Source of the DNA: a virus
Reading direction: 5' to 3' (one strand)
Virus record (IMG/VR): IMGVR_UViG_3300031521_000066
Length of the DNA stretch: 60,759 nucleotides
Under the pieces are notes generated by a model. It was not told the DNA's origin and searched no databases. It was given only the letters and a program-made list of their open reading frames with translations. Shown here one piece after another: positions 25,228 to 35,130 of this stretch; the stretch's first letter is position 1; every line of letters begins with the position of its first letter. The translations under genes were made by a program, and so were the position numbers.

Positions 25228-25956
25228 ATGGAAATGGCTAAAAAAAGTTGGGTAGAAAGCCGAATAACCGCCTTAATCACAGCGGGGACATTGGTGGACT
25301 TAACAAGTGCCATAACTGCTTGGGCTACTGGCGCAGCAGTTGTAATTGGTGCTGCATTAAAAACAGGTTATAACAAGTTGTGCGGTTATACAAAAATTGA
25401 TTATCGCCCAACGGGTGGAGGTTCTAACAGTTACGCCCTTCAAGTGCGTCACAATGCTGGTCAGACATCTGGTCAGGTAATAAGCCTTGATCATGAAGCC
25501 CATGTTACCGCAAGTGGTACAGCTTCGTTACGAGGCGTTCAGGGATTAGCTGTATTGGATGATACATTTACTGCTACCGGGGCAACCTATAACGGATTGT
25601 ATGGTCAGTTTCGTGCTGATGGTACTTTTGCCGGGGCTGGTTTTGGTGCTGCTATCTATGGTCTTGTTGAGGCAAGTGCAGCGATAACCGCAGACCACAT
25701 TTGTTCTCTTTGGCTCGATACACATCAAGCATTGGCAATTACCGGTAGCTATCAGTTGTTGTATTTGACCGAGAATGGCGCAGAACCATTGGATCAGGTA
25801 TTTTATTTAAGGACACCGGGGGCAAAAGCACTTATGGAACTTGATACTTGTTCAACGTTTGTAAGCGCAACCGCTACCACTGCCGGAACTTCAAAGAAAA
25901 TCAAGATAACTATTGATGGTGTTGCTTATTATATCAACGCATATACTGGAGCCTAA
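25228..25956 (+). CDS. hypothetical Ala/Gly/Thr-rich virion protein
   Basis: 242-aa ORF; composition typical of a structural protein. Confidence 0.5.
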   Translation: MEMAKKSWVESRITALITAGTLVDLTSAITAWATGAAVVIGAALKTGYNKLCGYTKIDYRPTGGGSNSYALQVRHNAGQTSGQVISLDHEAHVTASGTASLRGVQGLAVLDDTFTATGATYNGLYGQFRADGTFAGAGFGAAIYGLVEASAAITADHICSLWLDTHQALAITGSYQLLYLTENGAEPLDQVFYLRTPGAKALMELDTCSTFVSATATTAGTSKKIKITIDGVAYYINAYTGA

Positions 25957-25964
25957 TAATCAAA

Positions 25965-26426
25965 ATGGTTGATGTTACCGTAAATATTGATATTAACGCT
26001 GTCTCTTACAAGACATGGTTAAACACATCCCTTGTAGGAATGGCTAATGTTGTTAATGGTGTCCCCTTGATCGAAACTACCGAAATGGGAACCGATCAGG
26101 AGGACGCTTTTAAGAACTTCATTGATGAAGCTTGCCGGGAAGTGTTAAAAATATTTGCCGGAAGACAAGGAGATGCCTCAGGTGTCCCATTTGAAAAACT
26201 TAGGGACAATGTTATATACAGGTTCAACGAAGAGCAGCCACCATTACCGCAAGCAAATTCTATCAAAGAATCTTTATACGAAGATACTAAAAATGCTATT
26301 TACACATTCATTACAATGATGTGGTTTAAGATTAAAAAAAACGAAGATATGGTTACTTATTTGGAGGCTAGGTATTTTAAACTGACCGACAATATAGACC
26401 ATGCCCTTCATAAATTACACGATTAA
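25965..26426 (+). CDS. head-tail adaptor/connector-like protein, paralog 1
   Basis: FIDEACREVLKIFAGRQGDASG and the C-terminal ...DNIDHALHKLHD are echoed in the next gene (KEAAKEVLQAYLNRQGDVNG ... DNLSGDLYRLHD). Confidence 0.45.
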   Translation: MVDVTVNIDINAVSYKTWLNTSLVGMANVVNGVPLIETTEMGTDQEDAFKNFIDEACREVLKIFAGRQGDASGVPFEKLRDNVIYRFNEEQPPLPQANSIKESLYEDTKNAIYTFITMMWFKIKKNEDMVTYLEARYFKLTDNIDHALHKLHD

Positions 26427-26439
26427 AAAAGTTACAACA

Positions 26440-27249
26440 ATGGGAGATATAACTGTTTCTGTTTCTATTTCGGCAGTTCATAAAGAGGTTGCAAGGCGAT
26501 CTTCGATAGCCACCGAAACCGATCCTTACTATTCCAAAATGTCAACCGAGAAAAAACAATATTCTCAATTGCATGGCGAAGGTGATAGGATTACGGCAGA
26601 CTACACAAAAGAAGCTGCAAAAGAAGTATTACAAGCATACTTAAACCGCCAAGGTGATGTAAACGGGATAGCCTATGAGTATGATAAGGTTATTGCCGTA
26701 AATGGTGCAGTAAACCAAAGAGAGACCATAACTCTAACCGGAACAGATGGCTATGCCTACGTTACGGAAATTGCACCTGTCGATAAAATTGTGACATTCG
26801 ATAGTGACCTTGCCACTTCAGCAGCAAATTTTGTCAGTGACAATATTGCTTATTATAGCAATCAAGGGATTGACTTAACTTCTGATGGGTCAGATATAAT
26901 TTTTGAAGCTCAAATAGGTGGAGTACCTTTTACCGCTCCTGTTATTGCCCTTCAGAATGGTAGTTTGGATGGAACCACGGACCATACAACCGCTAATCAG
27001 GCAGGTGATAAAATCACTACCGGAAACATTGTATATCGGTTTGCCGAAAATACAAATCCGCTTTCAGTAAAGCAATCAAATGCCATTATTACAAGGCTGA
27101 CAAATAATACAAAAGATGCTATTATTTATTACATTCTTGTATCCCTTTATCGTAATGACGGTAATACTATCAAGGAACAAGAAGTGCTATCTAAAGCATT
27201 GACATTGATTGATAATCTTTCCGGTGATCTTTATAGGTTACATGACTAA
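26440..27249 (+). CDS. head-tail adaptor/connector-like protein, paralog 2 (with insertion)
   Basis: The ATG at 26440 (MGDITVSVSISAV...) is preferred. Shares its N- and C-terminal motifs with 25965..26426, and DP(Y/F)(Y/F)...KK....LHGEG.RI..D(Y/F) with 27252..27929. Confidence 0.45.
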   Translation: MGDITVSVSISAVHKEVARRSSIATETDPYYSKMSTEKKQYSQLHGEGDRITADYTKEAAKEVLQAYLNRQGDVNGIAYEYDKVIAVNGAVNQRETITLTGTDGYAYVTEIAPVDKIVTFDSDLATSAANFVSDNIAYYSNQGIDLTSDGSDIIFEAQIGGVPFTAPVIALQNGSLDGTTDHTTANQAGDKITTGNIVYRFAENTNPLSVKQSNAIITRLTNNTKDAIIYYILVSLYRNDGNTIKEQEVLSKALTLIDNLSGDLYRLHD

Positions 27250-27251
27250 TC

Positions 27252-27929
27252 ATGTCAAGCCTGATAATAAAGGATACGGGAGTAGACCATCTTTACAAGG
27301 ATGGTGTGCCTATTGTTGAGGTATTTGTTAAGATAGCGGATATTTTTCAATTGGTAGCCAGAAAAACTGCGCTTATTGCTCAGGCTGACCCATTCTTTGA
27401 CCGACATTCATCGGCTAAAAAGATGCTGATAGAACTTCACGGAGAAGGCAGCCGCATAGCAAACGATTTTATATCGCTTGGAGCAAGTGACATACTACCC
27501 GTTTTTCAGCCTATGCAGCGATGGATGACAGCGTTTAAAGATGTAGATGGAAATTCAATAAGCATGTTTGATTATGATCTGCTTATTCCCGGTGATTCTG
27601 AAGCCGATCCACCAACAGAAGATACCCACACGGGGACTATTGTTTATCGTTGGCAAATAATGGATACAAGGTCTGCTCAATTCAAGCTCAATTATACCAA
27701 TGAAACACGTGGAAACATTATAACCGACCTTAACATTGTCAGGAATGTTCAACGGTATCTTATTGAAGCCTTACAAGACTATATGATGATGGAATTCTAC
27801 AAAGCAATAGGATACGATAATAAATACATCATTTATTTCAAGTCTTACGAAAAGAACCGTCAGAATATTGCTTTCTGGGCTAAAAGTGATTTAAGTTTAC
27901 AAACAGGACACAACTATGTCGAACATTAA
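27252..27929 (+). CDS. head-tail adaptor/connector-like protein, paralog 3
   Basis: ARKTALIAQADPFFDRHSSAKKMLIELHGEGSRIANDF parallels ARRSSIATETDPYYSKMSTEKKQYSQLHGEGDRITADY in the preceding gene. Confidence 0.4.
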   Translation: MSSLIIKDTGVDHLYKDGVPIVEVFVKIADIFQLVARKTALIAQADPFFDRHSSAKKMLIELHGEGSRIANDFISLGASDILPVFQPMQRWMTAFKDVDGNSISMFDYDLLIPGDSEADPPTEDTHTGTIVYRWQIMDTRSAQFKLNYTNETRGNIITDLNIVRNVQRYLIEALQDYMMMEFYKAIGYDNKYIIYFKSYEKNRQNIAFWAKSDLSLQTGHNYVEH

Positions 27930-30021
27930 GAACATACAATCATCCCAACAAATAAGGGAAGTATTAAGGAGGAATGAGCGGACAGGGATAACACGCCCTA
28001 AAAAGCAAACGGAAATCCCGGTTATTGATTCTTCGTTCTTAGAGCAGTATGTTTTTAATAACTTAGGTACGACCCCATCGCACTTTATCGCCAACCTTCA
28101 AACACAATATTTTGCAGAACAAAATTTCAGGGATCGAAGACAACGGAATGTTGAATTTGTCCGGGGTAGGCATTTTAATGAAGTAGTTTGGGATAGTGAG
28201 ATTAAAAAATATGTAACCCAATGGGTTTATAATAAAAGGCGCAATATTCCACCTCTTACCTATAATGTTGTTTCTAAACTTGTAAGAAGTTTGGAAGGTC
28301 AATTCAGGGGTGTCAATACCGGAAATGTCGTTGTCTGTGACAGTAAAGATGAAAGAGGGAGTGAGTTAGCAACCCAACTTACCCGGTGCATAGATAGGGT
28401 TAAAGATAAAAACCGTTCAAAAACTAAAGATGCTGCCAACTTTAACGAGATGCAGATTTCGGGGCAACCTGTATGTAAGGTACTTTGGGAGAATGACAAT
28501 ATCAATGAAAAAACCGATTTAAAATATCGGAATGTAAACCGGGCTTTATTTGGGATAAACCCTGGGATTACAGATTATGATATGGATAACCTTCATGTCA
28601 TATACGAAATTCACAATACTTCATTAAATGACATCGTAGGAAGTTTTGCCAAAGGGGATTATGAACGTGGCATGGCTATTAAAAAGATGTACACCAAATA
28701 TCAGGGAAGTGAGATTATGCAGTCAGCATATTCTAATCAATCCTTTGATGGTAGCCAATTAAGAAATAACACTTTTAATCATCAAGGGGTAAACAACTCT
28801 TCATACAGATATTTTGAAGTATGGATGGAGGTTAGCGACTACGAAGCCATAACAGAAGACCCATTAGACTTTCCCGGATCACGGTTGTGTCATAAATGGA
28901 GAAATGTTGCCGATGTTAAAAAAGAAGTAGATGCTGAAAACGAAAACAGGCTAACAATAGGAGAAGGTGTTAACCCTGAAGATGTATTAATTACAATCAG
29001 TACAGATTTTGTTCCCCGTTGGTATGCAATCTATCTGACCCCTTGGGGGACGGTATTAGATGTAAGGGAAAGCCCGTTTAAAAATGCAAAGCATCCATAC
29101 GTGTTTACACCTCCGGGAATGAATGGTGAAATTTGGGGTATCGTAGAAGAGGTTTGCGATGCACAATTAGGCATGGATCGACAAATAAGAAATGCTGAGG
29201 CAATTGTTGAGAACGCTTCAAAAGGTGTTTGGCTTGTACCTGATACTGCTGTTCCTGACACCCATACAAATAAAGAATACCTTCAAGAATTAAGACGTGC
29301 CGATGGAGCCGTTATCTACAAAGTCAAAGACGGTATGGAAAATTATGTGCCAAAACAAGTTTATGCCAATTCAGCCAATGTAAGCGGGGAAGTTCAAGGA
29401 ATGATTTCACTCTATTCAGGATTGATAGACGAGATTTCCGGTAATTATGGAGCAGTACAAGGGCGTGGCGGTTCACAGGTATCCAAGACAGCTTCAGGTT
29501 ACGCCTTAGAGACACAAAATGCAGGGTTAAATGTATCCGGTATTATGGAGACATTTCTCACAATGCTTGTAGATAGGGATGAAAAAATGTTATCGTTGAT
29601 GTTGGAAGGATATACTGCTGCTGACTATAAACGTATTACCGGTGAAGAGATAGACCCTACAGAATTGAAGAAATATGAATGGTCGATACAACAAAGCAAG
29701 GGTACAAATTCACCTGCCTTTAGGTTACAACTAGAACAGGAATTAGTACATTTTGTTGATGAAAATTTCTTGCCGCTTGAAGTGTTTATGGAAGTTTCCA
29801 ATAACCCTGTTATGATACAGGCTAAACAAAAACTTGACGAATACAATAAAAAGAAAGCATTAGAGCAACAGGCAAATCAAATGAGTGCGCCACAGGGATT
29901 GCCGCAGGGGCAGCCCGGAACACAACCGGCAGCACAACCGGGGCAACCACAACCAGCACAGCCGCAACAATCACCAATGCCAATGTATCCAGGGTTTAAT
30001 CCAAAGGTAGGACAAGCTTAA
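27916..30021 (+). CDS. portal protein (putative)
   Basis: 701 aa, the size and position expected of a podovirus-type portal, directly after the adaptor-like genes. Q/P-rich C-terminal tail. Confidence 0.55.
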   Translation: MSNIKNIQSSQQIREVLRRNERTGITRPKKQTEIPVIDSSFLEQYVFNNLGTTPSHFIANLQTQYFAEQNFRDRRQRNVEFVRGRHFNEVVWDSEIKKYVTQWVYNKRRNIPPLTYNVVSKLVRSLEGQFRGVNTGNVVVCDSKDERGSELATQLTRCIDRVKDKNRSKTKDAANFNEMQISGQPVCKVLWENDNINEKTDLKYRNVNRALFGINPGITDYDMDNLHVIYEIHNTSLNDIVGSFAKGDYERGMAIKKMYTKYQGSEIMQSAYSNQSFDGSQLRNNTFNHQGVNNSSYRYFEVWMEVSDYEAITEDPLDFPGSRLCHKWRNVADVKKEVDAENENRLTIGEGVNPEDVLITISTDFVPRWYAIYLTPWGTVLDVRESPFKNAKHPYVFTPPGMNGEIWGIVEEVCDAQLGMDRQIRNAEAIVENASKGVWLVPDTAVPDTHTNKEYLQELRRADGAVIYKVKDGMENYVPKQVYANSANVSGEVQGMISLYSGLIDEISGNYGAVQGRGGSQVSKTASGYALETQNAGLNVSGIMETFLTMLVDRDEKMLSLMLEGYTAADYKRITGEEIDPTELKKYEWSIQQSKGTNSPAFRLQLEQELVHFVDENFLPLEVFMEVSNNPVMIQAKQKLDEYNKKKALEQQANQMSAPQGLPQGQPGTQPAAQPGQPQPAQPQQSPMPMYPGFNPKVGQA

Positions 30022-30029
30022 ATACAAGT

Positions 30030-32819
30030 ATGTACAGCGCAAAGCCATTAGGCATAAATATTAGGCAGAATGACAGAGAAGTTTTTGATGGGTTCCTTCA
30101 GGAATGTATCAACCTTCAGAAAAGGGACGGTTCAACAAAGCCCCTTCCTAATAGATTATTGTCTGATATAAACACTACCCTTTACGGCAAAATTATACTT
30201 CACAAAGTTTCAGATGAAGGACAAATAAATGTATTTGGGTTTAACCGGGCATCGTATGGCTTTCTTGCGGAAGATTTATCCGCTTATTTGGGTGGGGGTG
30301 AAGATACGTTAAATGGAAACTTGACATGGTTTGGCGCTATCATTGACGGGGTTTATTCAGCAAAGGAAACGCCACAAGTTTTAAGTATTGTAAGGACGGT
30401 TGGAATGTCATTTACCATATTGAATGGGTTAATGTATTTCATGGGTAACGGAACTACTATTGAAGAGAGATTTTATAAACGTATTCAGTACAACCAGACA
30501 ACTCAATTGTATGAAGAGAAAGACATGTACGCTTGGAAGAGCTTAATCCCTTTCTATCCAGAACAAGTAGCCATTCAGTTAACGGCAGCAAAGAAAGCAT
30601 ATCAAGTTATTACCCAATGCGGGTTTATCCTTACCCGGTTCACGCTAGTGTTAAAGACGGGTGAAGAGGTTTTGCATTCACCTATCTATTTTAATTTTTT
30701 ATATGGATTAAATAGGTCTGCATCAACATATTTTAATTACGGGGAAACCGAATTAACAGATAAGATTGTAAAAAATATACACACTGTAATTAATCAGAAC
30801 CTAGAATTTATTGATAGTGATTTGTTTAATAAAGAAATATCTGCTATAAATGTTTATGCCTCAGTGCCATATTATATATCTGATATGCCAAAAATATCAA
30901 TTCCACAATACACAACCGACCCTCATTTCGGTTATTTGTTATTGTTAGGGGATGAAACATTAAAAGCAGAAGTTCAAAAAAAAGCAGAAGAACCCTTTTA
31001 TTTGATAAATACAATAGAAAGCCCTTCTTCAAAACAAGTGATATTATCTGTCGGACAATTAGATTCTGATATTGATTTTAAATATGGTTCTGATTTAACA
31101 AAAATAGAATATACCTCGGTTGATATTATGACTATTGCAGCCGGACAACCGATGCCTGTTGACAATTACAGTTATCATAGAAAATACGGTGAAATAACTT
31201 CGGATAATGGAAGATTGGTTATAGGTAGTCCGGTAACAGTATTATCTGACGGACACATAAGGTCTTTATCCCTTAACAACATTCAAAGTTATTCGTGCTT
31301 CGATATGGACACCGAAGATGGTAAAGTGACAAAACTTTCAAATATATTGGATAAATCAATTGAAATAACACACGAAGAGGGGACAGGGATATGGAAAATA
31401 CTATCAAGGGGAATATTGTCATATCCCGATATGAGAACTAATAGAATAGGGGTAAATACTGCCATTGATGGTGATTCATCAAAAATAACACGTGTCAATT
31501 GCAGAAAAAACAAGCTTCACAATATGTCGTGTGATTTTGATTTTTATCGAATATACTTTATTTCAAGCCAATTCTATTTTGTAGAGGACGGGGATAACTG
31601 TAAATTTATTTCAAAGTATTGTGAGAAAATAGATACTCATGGGTTTAGGTTAATAGAAGATGCCCTTTATCCTTCGGATATTACTAGTAATGATAATTAT
31701 TCATCTGGAAATGCAGTTCAGTTTTCAGCTATTGGGGAATACAGCGTATGGCCAGCTATCAATAGTTATCGGATAGGCAATGGAAAAATCATGAAGGTAG
31801 GGGCTAATAATGTTGATCAGAAAACTGCCAATATGATTTCCATGTTGATAGTGGGTACTACGGATGGTGTTTGGTCAATCAATACAGACCCGACAGGGAA
31901 TAACTTTGTTTCATCGGTAAGCAGGAAATCATTTACCCCTTACATTTCAAAAGAAGTTTTACAGGTTGGCAATGCTTTTTTCTTTATAAGCGACAAGGGA
32001 TTAATGATAATGCAGGGTGGCGAAGAACCACAGAGTTTATCTTATGATTTCTTCCCCGGCCAAGGTGATGGGAATTTACCAGAGAATGAAGATGTGTATC
32101 CAAATTACAATGTTTTGACAGACCCTTATTTTGACGGATCAAACCTTTATGTTTTGAGCGATGTTGTGAACTACCTCAAAAACGCTAAACTAGCTTACGA
32201 TAACCGAAGAAATACTATTTGGTGTAGCAATCCTTACGAAGAATTTTCTTTGATATTTGACCTGACAAATAAATGTTGGGGAATGAGTACCACTGTCTTT
32301 TCAGAAGCCATTGAATTATTCAGTTCATTGACTACTAATGAAGGAAGTATTGAAAGCTGGTATCTGGTAACGGATAATAATTCACTTCAACCGTATCTTT
32401 TAATTTTGAGTGGTGAAGATATGGAGACTGAGGTTTTTGTTCATTTACTTACCAGACCATTAAAATTCAATAAGGGTGAAGCTGAGAATTCTGATAATGC
32501 AGACCACTACAAAAAGATACAAAGGATGTTTGCCAGGTGTGAACTCTATCGTAGTAGTGCAGAAACGGGCTATTTTAGTTTCGGTATGTGGGGAAAACAG
32601 GATATTAACCGTGATAAGTTGAACATGCCTTTAATAGCCTTGTCGGATGGAAGGACAATATCTTTTCCGAGTGATGTAAGACAGGATATACCAGTAGGAG
32701 CCAGAAAGGGAAAATACAAGACTGTTTCTATTTTGTTAGGAGGTCAAATGTTACCTGATAGTTCTATTGATAGCTTTGATTTTGAAACAGCTTTAGTTGA
32801 CGAAACATTAATGAGATAA
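30030..32819 (+). CDS. large tail-associated structural protein (putative)
   Basis: 929-aa ORF immediately after the portal; no enzymatic motif recognised. Confidence 0.45.
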   Translation: MYSAKPLGINIRQNDREVFDGFLQECINLQKRDGSTKPLPNRLLSDINTTLYGKIILHKVSDEGQINVFGFNRASYGFLAEDLSAYLGGGEDTLNGNLTWFGAIIDGVYSAKETPQVLSIVRTVGMSFTILNGLMYFMGNGTTIEERFYKRIQYNQTTQLYEEKDMYAWKSLIPFYPEQVAIQLTAAKKAYQVITQCGFILTRFTLVLKTGEEVLHSPIYFNFLYGLNRSASTYFNYGETELTDKIVKNIHTVINQNLEFIDSDLFNKEISAINVYASVPYYISDMPKISIPQYTTDPHFGYLLLLGDETLKAEVQKKAEEPFYLINTIESPSSKQVILSVGQLDSDIDFKYGSDLTKIEYTSVDIMTIAAGQPMPVDNYSYHRKYGEITSDNGRLVIGSPVTVLSDGHIRSLSLNNIQSYSCFDMDTEDGKVTKLSNILDKSIEITHEEGTGIWKILSRGILSYPDMRTNRIGVNTAIDGDSSKITRVNCRKNKLHNMSCDFDFYRIYFISSQFYFVEDGDNCKFISKYCEKIDTHGFRLIEDALYPSDITSNDNYSSGNAVQFSAIGEYSVWPAINSYRIGNGKIMKVGANNVDQKTANMISMLIVGTTDGVWSINTDPTGNNFVSSVSRKSFTPYISKEVLQVGNAFFFISDKGLMIMQGGEEPQSLSYDFFPGQGDGNLPENEDVYPNYNVLTDPYFDGSNLYVLSDVVNYLKNAKLAYDNRRNTIWCSNPYEEFSLIFDLTNKCWGMSTTVFSEAIELFSSLTTNEGSIESWYLVTDNNSLQPYLLILSGEDMETEVFVHLLTRPLKFNKGEAENSDNADHYKKIQRMFARCELYRSSAETGYFSFGMWGKQDINRDKLNMPLIALSDGRTISFPSDVRQDIPVGARKGKYKTVSILLGGQMLPDSSIDSFDFETALVDETLMR

Positions 32820-32822
32820 GAT

Positions 32823-33200
32823 ATGAAAATAGAACCCGTTGATTATACCACAAAGACAAATTTCAGACCTATCGTAGATAGGACAAAACAAAGCACTGCC
32901 GAAGACTGGAATGAGGTAAAACGTGTTACGGATGCGCTTGTTGGGTTGTTGCATGTTGAATCAGGAGATGTTGCATTAGAAGACGGGTTAACATCATTTG
33001 AGATAGTTTTTAAAGATGCTTTCCCTGATGCTTTATATAGAGTTTTGGGAGGGGTAATAGTTGTTTATCAAATTGATGGGGAAGAAATTACTGAAATAGC
33101 AATTAAAAACATTGTCCGGGCAGTTGATAAAGTAACTTTTGAAACCTACAATGAATCGAGTAATTACAGAGTTGACTATGAAATAAAAGTAAGATCATGA
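32823..33200 (+). CDS. hypothetical tail-module protein
   Basis: 125-aa ORF; ATGA overlap with the next gene. Confidence 0.5.
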   Translation: MKIEPVDYTTKTNFRPIVDRTKQSTAEDWNEVKRVTDALVGLLHVESGDVALEDGLTSFEIVFKDAFPDALYRVLGGVIVVYQIDGEEITEIAIKNIVRAVDKVTFETYNESSNYRVDYEIKVRS

Positions 33201-34573
33201 AAAAATTAATATTCACTATATCGCTTATTTTGTTGGGTTTTATCCTGATGGCTCAAAATAAAGAGTTCAATAATGTCAAAGTTTTGGGTAGTTTTATTCT
33301 GGATAGCGACAGCATGAGGCATACAACAAAAATGGATGTATCTGATGATACTTTGCTAACAAAGAAATGGGCTGAACATAGTTTGGTTGTATCAGGTGAA
33401 GGATTATTTGACACCCTTCAATACTATCCCAAAAAACCTATCATTGTTTACAATACCATTCCGGTAACAACGAGAAATATTTCCGTTAATTACGGGGTTA
33501 CAATGACAAATACGGGGTATAAATTTAATGCCTTTGCATGGTATGATTCACCGACAGGAAGGGTTTATAATGGGATGACAGAACCTGATACTACATTAAC
33601 CGGTTTTACTTGTACTGTGAATGTTCCACAAGGATACTTGTTTTATGAGGCAACGGATAGTTCTGGGTTTTTATCGGAAGAAAGCGGATGGGACGAACAC
33701 GATCCAAATTATGCTTCCGACAGTTCATTCATTAAAACAGGGATAAGGGAATGGAATAGTTCAGTTTCCAAAGGTCTTACTTCGGGGGATACTACGAGGT
33801 GGGCTTTGGCAATCAACAGTAAAGCACCATTGACTTCACCTAACTTTTTAACCGATGTTGATATTCAAGGAAATGGTTCATCTTCACCAATATTAATAGT
33901 AGGGAATGACAAGGATGCTACTAAGGATAGCACCTTTACTATTTTGGCTAACGGGAATGTGGGGGTTGGAGCATCTCCTACCGAAAAGCTAACTGTAAAT
34001 GGCGGTAATTTAAATTTCGCTACCGCAGGTCAATATGGATTAAAATGGCCGGGAGGCTCAAGGTTATACGAGCAGACGGTTGCTCAAGGAGGGGTGGATA
34101 GAATGCTATATTCACCTAATGGAAGTGAATTTGATGTATTAAACGAGGCTGGGAATGCTTACATTGCTTCATTTAGTAGTGGGCGTATTGATTTATTTGC
34201 AGGAGGCAACCAATATTTTACTTTAATATCTGGCGGCAACGTCGGAATTGGAACTACTGCACCCGGTTCTAAACTAACTATAAGTGGACACATAGGCACT
34301 CTTGGTACTATTCCGGTTTTAACAGGTGCTGGAACTGGGGCATCTATTGCCACAGGTTCAACAGATACAGCAGGGGAGATAACCGAAGGAACTTTGGCAG
34401 CAGGTGCAGTAATTACTTTTGCTACTGCTTACACAAATGTACCTTTTGCAATAGTGGTATCGGAATCGGGTTTATTATTTAGCTACACTGTTTCAACGAC
34501 TGCAATTACAATTACCAATATAGGAGCATTGAGTAGTACAAAACTAACATATCAGGTAATTGCAAGAGAATAA
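33197..34573 (+). CDS. tail fibre-like protein with an N-terminal signal-peptide-like segment
   Basis: MKKLIFTISLILLGFILMAQ, then two GNVG(V/I)G..P..KLT(V/I).G fibre-type motifs and a Gly/Thr/Ala-rich C-terminus. Confidence 0.55.
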   Translation: MKKLIFTISLILLGFILMAQNKEFNNVKVLGSFILDSDSMRHTTKMDVSDDTLLTKKWAEHSLVVSGEGLFDTLQYYPKKPIIVYNTIPVTTRNISVNYGVTMTNTGYKFNAFAWYDSPTGRVYNGMTEPDTTLTGFTCTVNVPQGYLFYEATDSSGFLSEESGWDEHDPNYASDSSFIKTGIREWNSSVSKGLTSGDTTRWALAINSKAPLTSPNFLTDVDIQGNGSSSPILIVGNDKDATKDSTFTILANGNVGVGASPTEKLTVNGGNLNFATAGQYGLKWPGGSRLYEQTVAQGGVDRMLYSPNGSEFDVLNEAGNAYIASFSSGRIDLFAGGNQYFTLISGGNVGIGTTAPGSKLTISGHIGTLGTIPVLTGAGTGASIATGSTDTAGEITEGTLAAGAVITFATAYTNVPFAIVVSESGLLFSYTVSTTAITITNIGALSSTKLTYQVIARE

Positions 34574-34590
34574 TTAATGTATTTTAAAAT

Positions 34591-35127
34591 ATGAAATACT
34601 TATTCATCATATTATTATTTCTTTTTTCCTGCTCAATGGAAATAATTCCTGAAAATAAATCCATAGGGATAGATACGATAACCGTAATTTTTGAGCAGGG
34701 ATTTACCGATGCTGAAAAATTAATTATCGACTTGGAAAAATGCAAAGGTAAACGATTGGGTTTAAATTTTAATAAATACTATTCTCACTGCTCTATTATG
34801 ATTGATTCAATGATTTACGATACCCACCCTAAGCATGGAGTTATATGTAATAAATTTGCACCTAATGATAGAAATAGGGAATTCATTGAAATATCGGTCG
34901 ATAATAAGCAAGAAATTAAAAACAAACTTGATTATCTTGATGATACCGAAAATGTTTACTATTATGAAGGTGTTGTTTTTCAGGGTATTTATATGCAAAT
35001 AGGGATATGGCTTGGCAATAAAGAGCCACATAAATTCTATTGTTCAAAATTAGTTTCTTATGTTTTGGGTTATCCAAATTACTATAAAATGGATATTCTT
35101 GATGTTTATGTAAAAGTTAAAAAATAA
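34591..35127 (+). CDS. permuted papain-fold (YiiX/C92, NlpC/P60-superfamily-like) peptidase/amidase, putative lipoprotein
   Basis: LLFLFSC lipobox. His precedes Cys in the motif order: YSHCSIMIDSMIYDTHPKHGV ... KFYCSKLVSYVLG. Confidence 0.4.
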   Translation: MKYLFIILLFLFSCSMEIIPENKSIGIDTITVIFEQGFTDAEKLIIDLEKCKGKRLGLNFNKYYSHCSIMIDSMIYDTHPKHGVICNKFAPNDRNREFIEISVDNKQEIKNKLDYLDDTENVYYYEGVVFQGIYMQIGIWLGNKEPHKFYCSKLVSYVLGYPNYYKMDILDVYVKVKK

Positions 35128-35130
35128 GAT

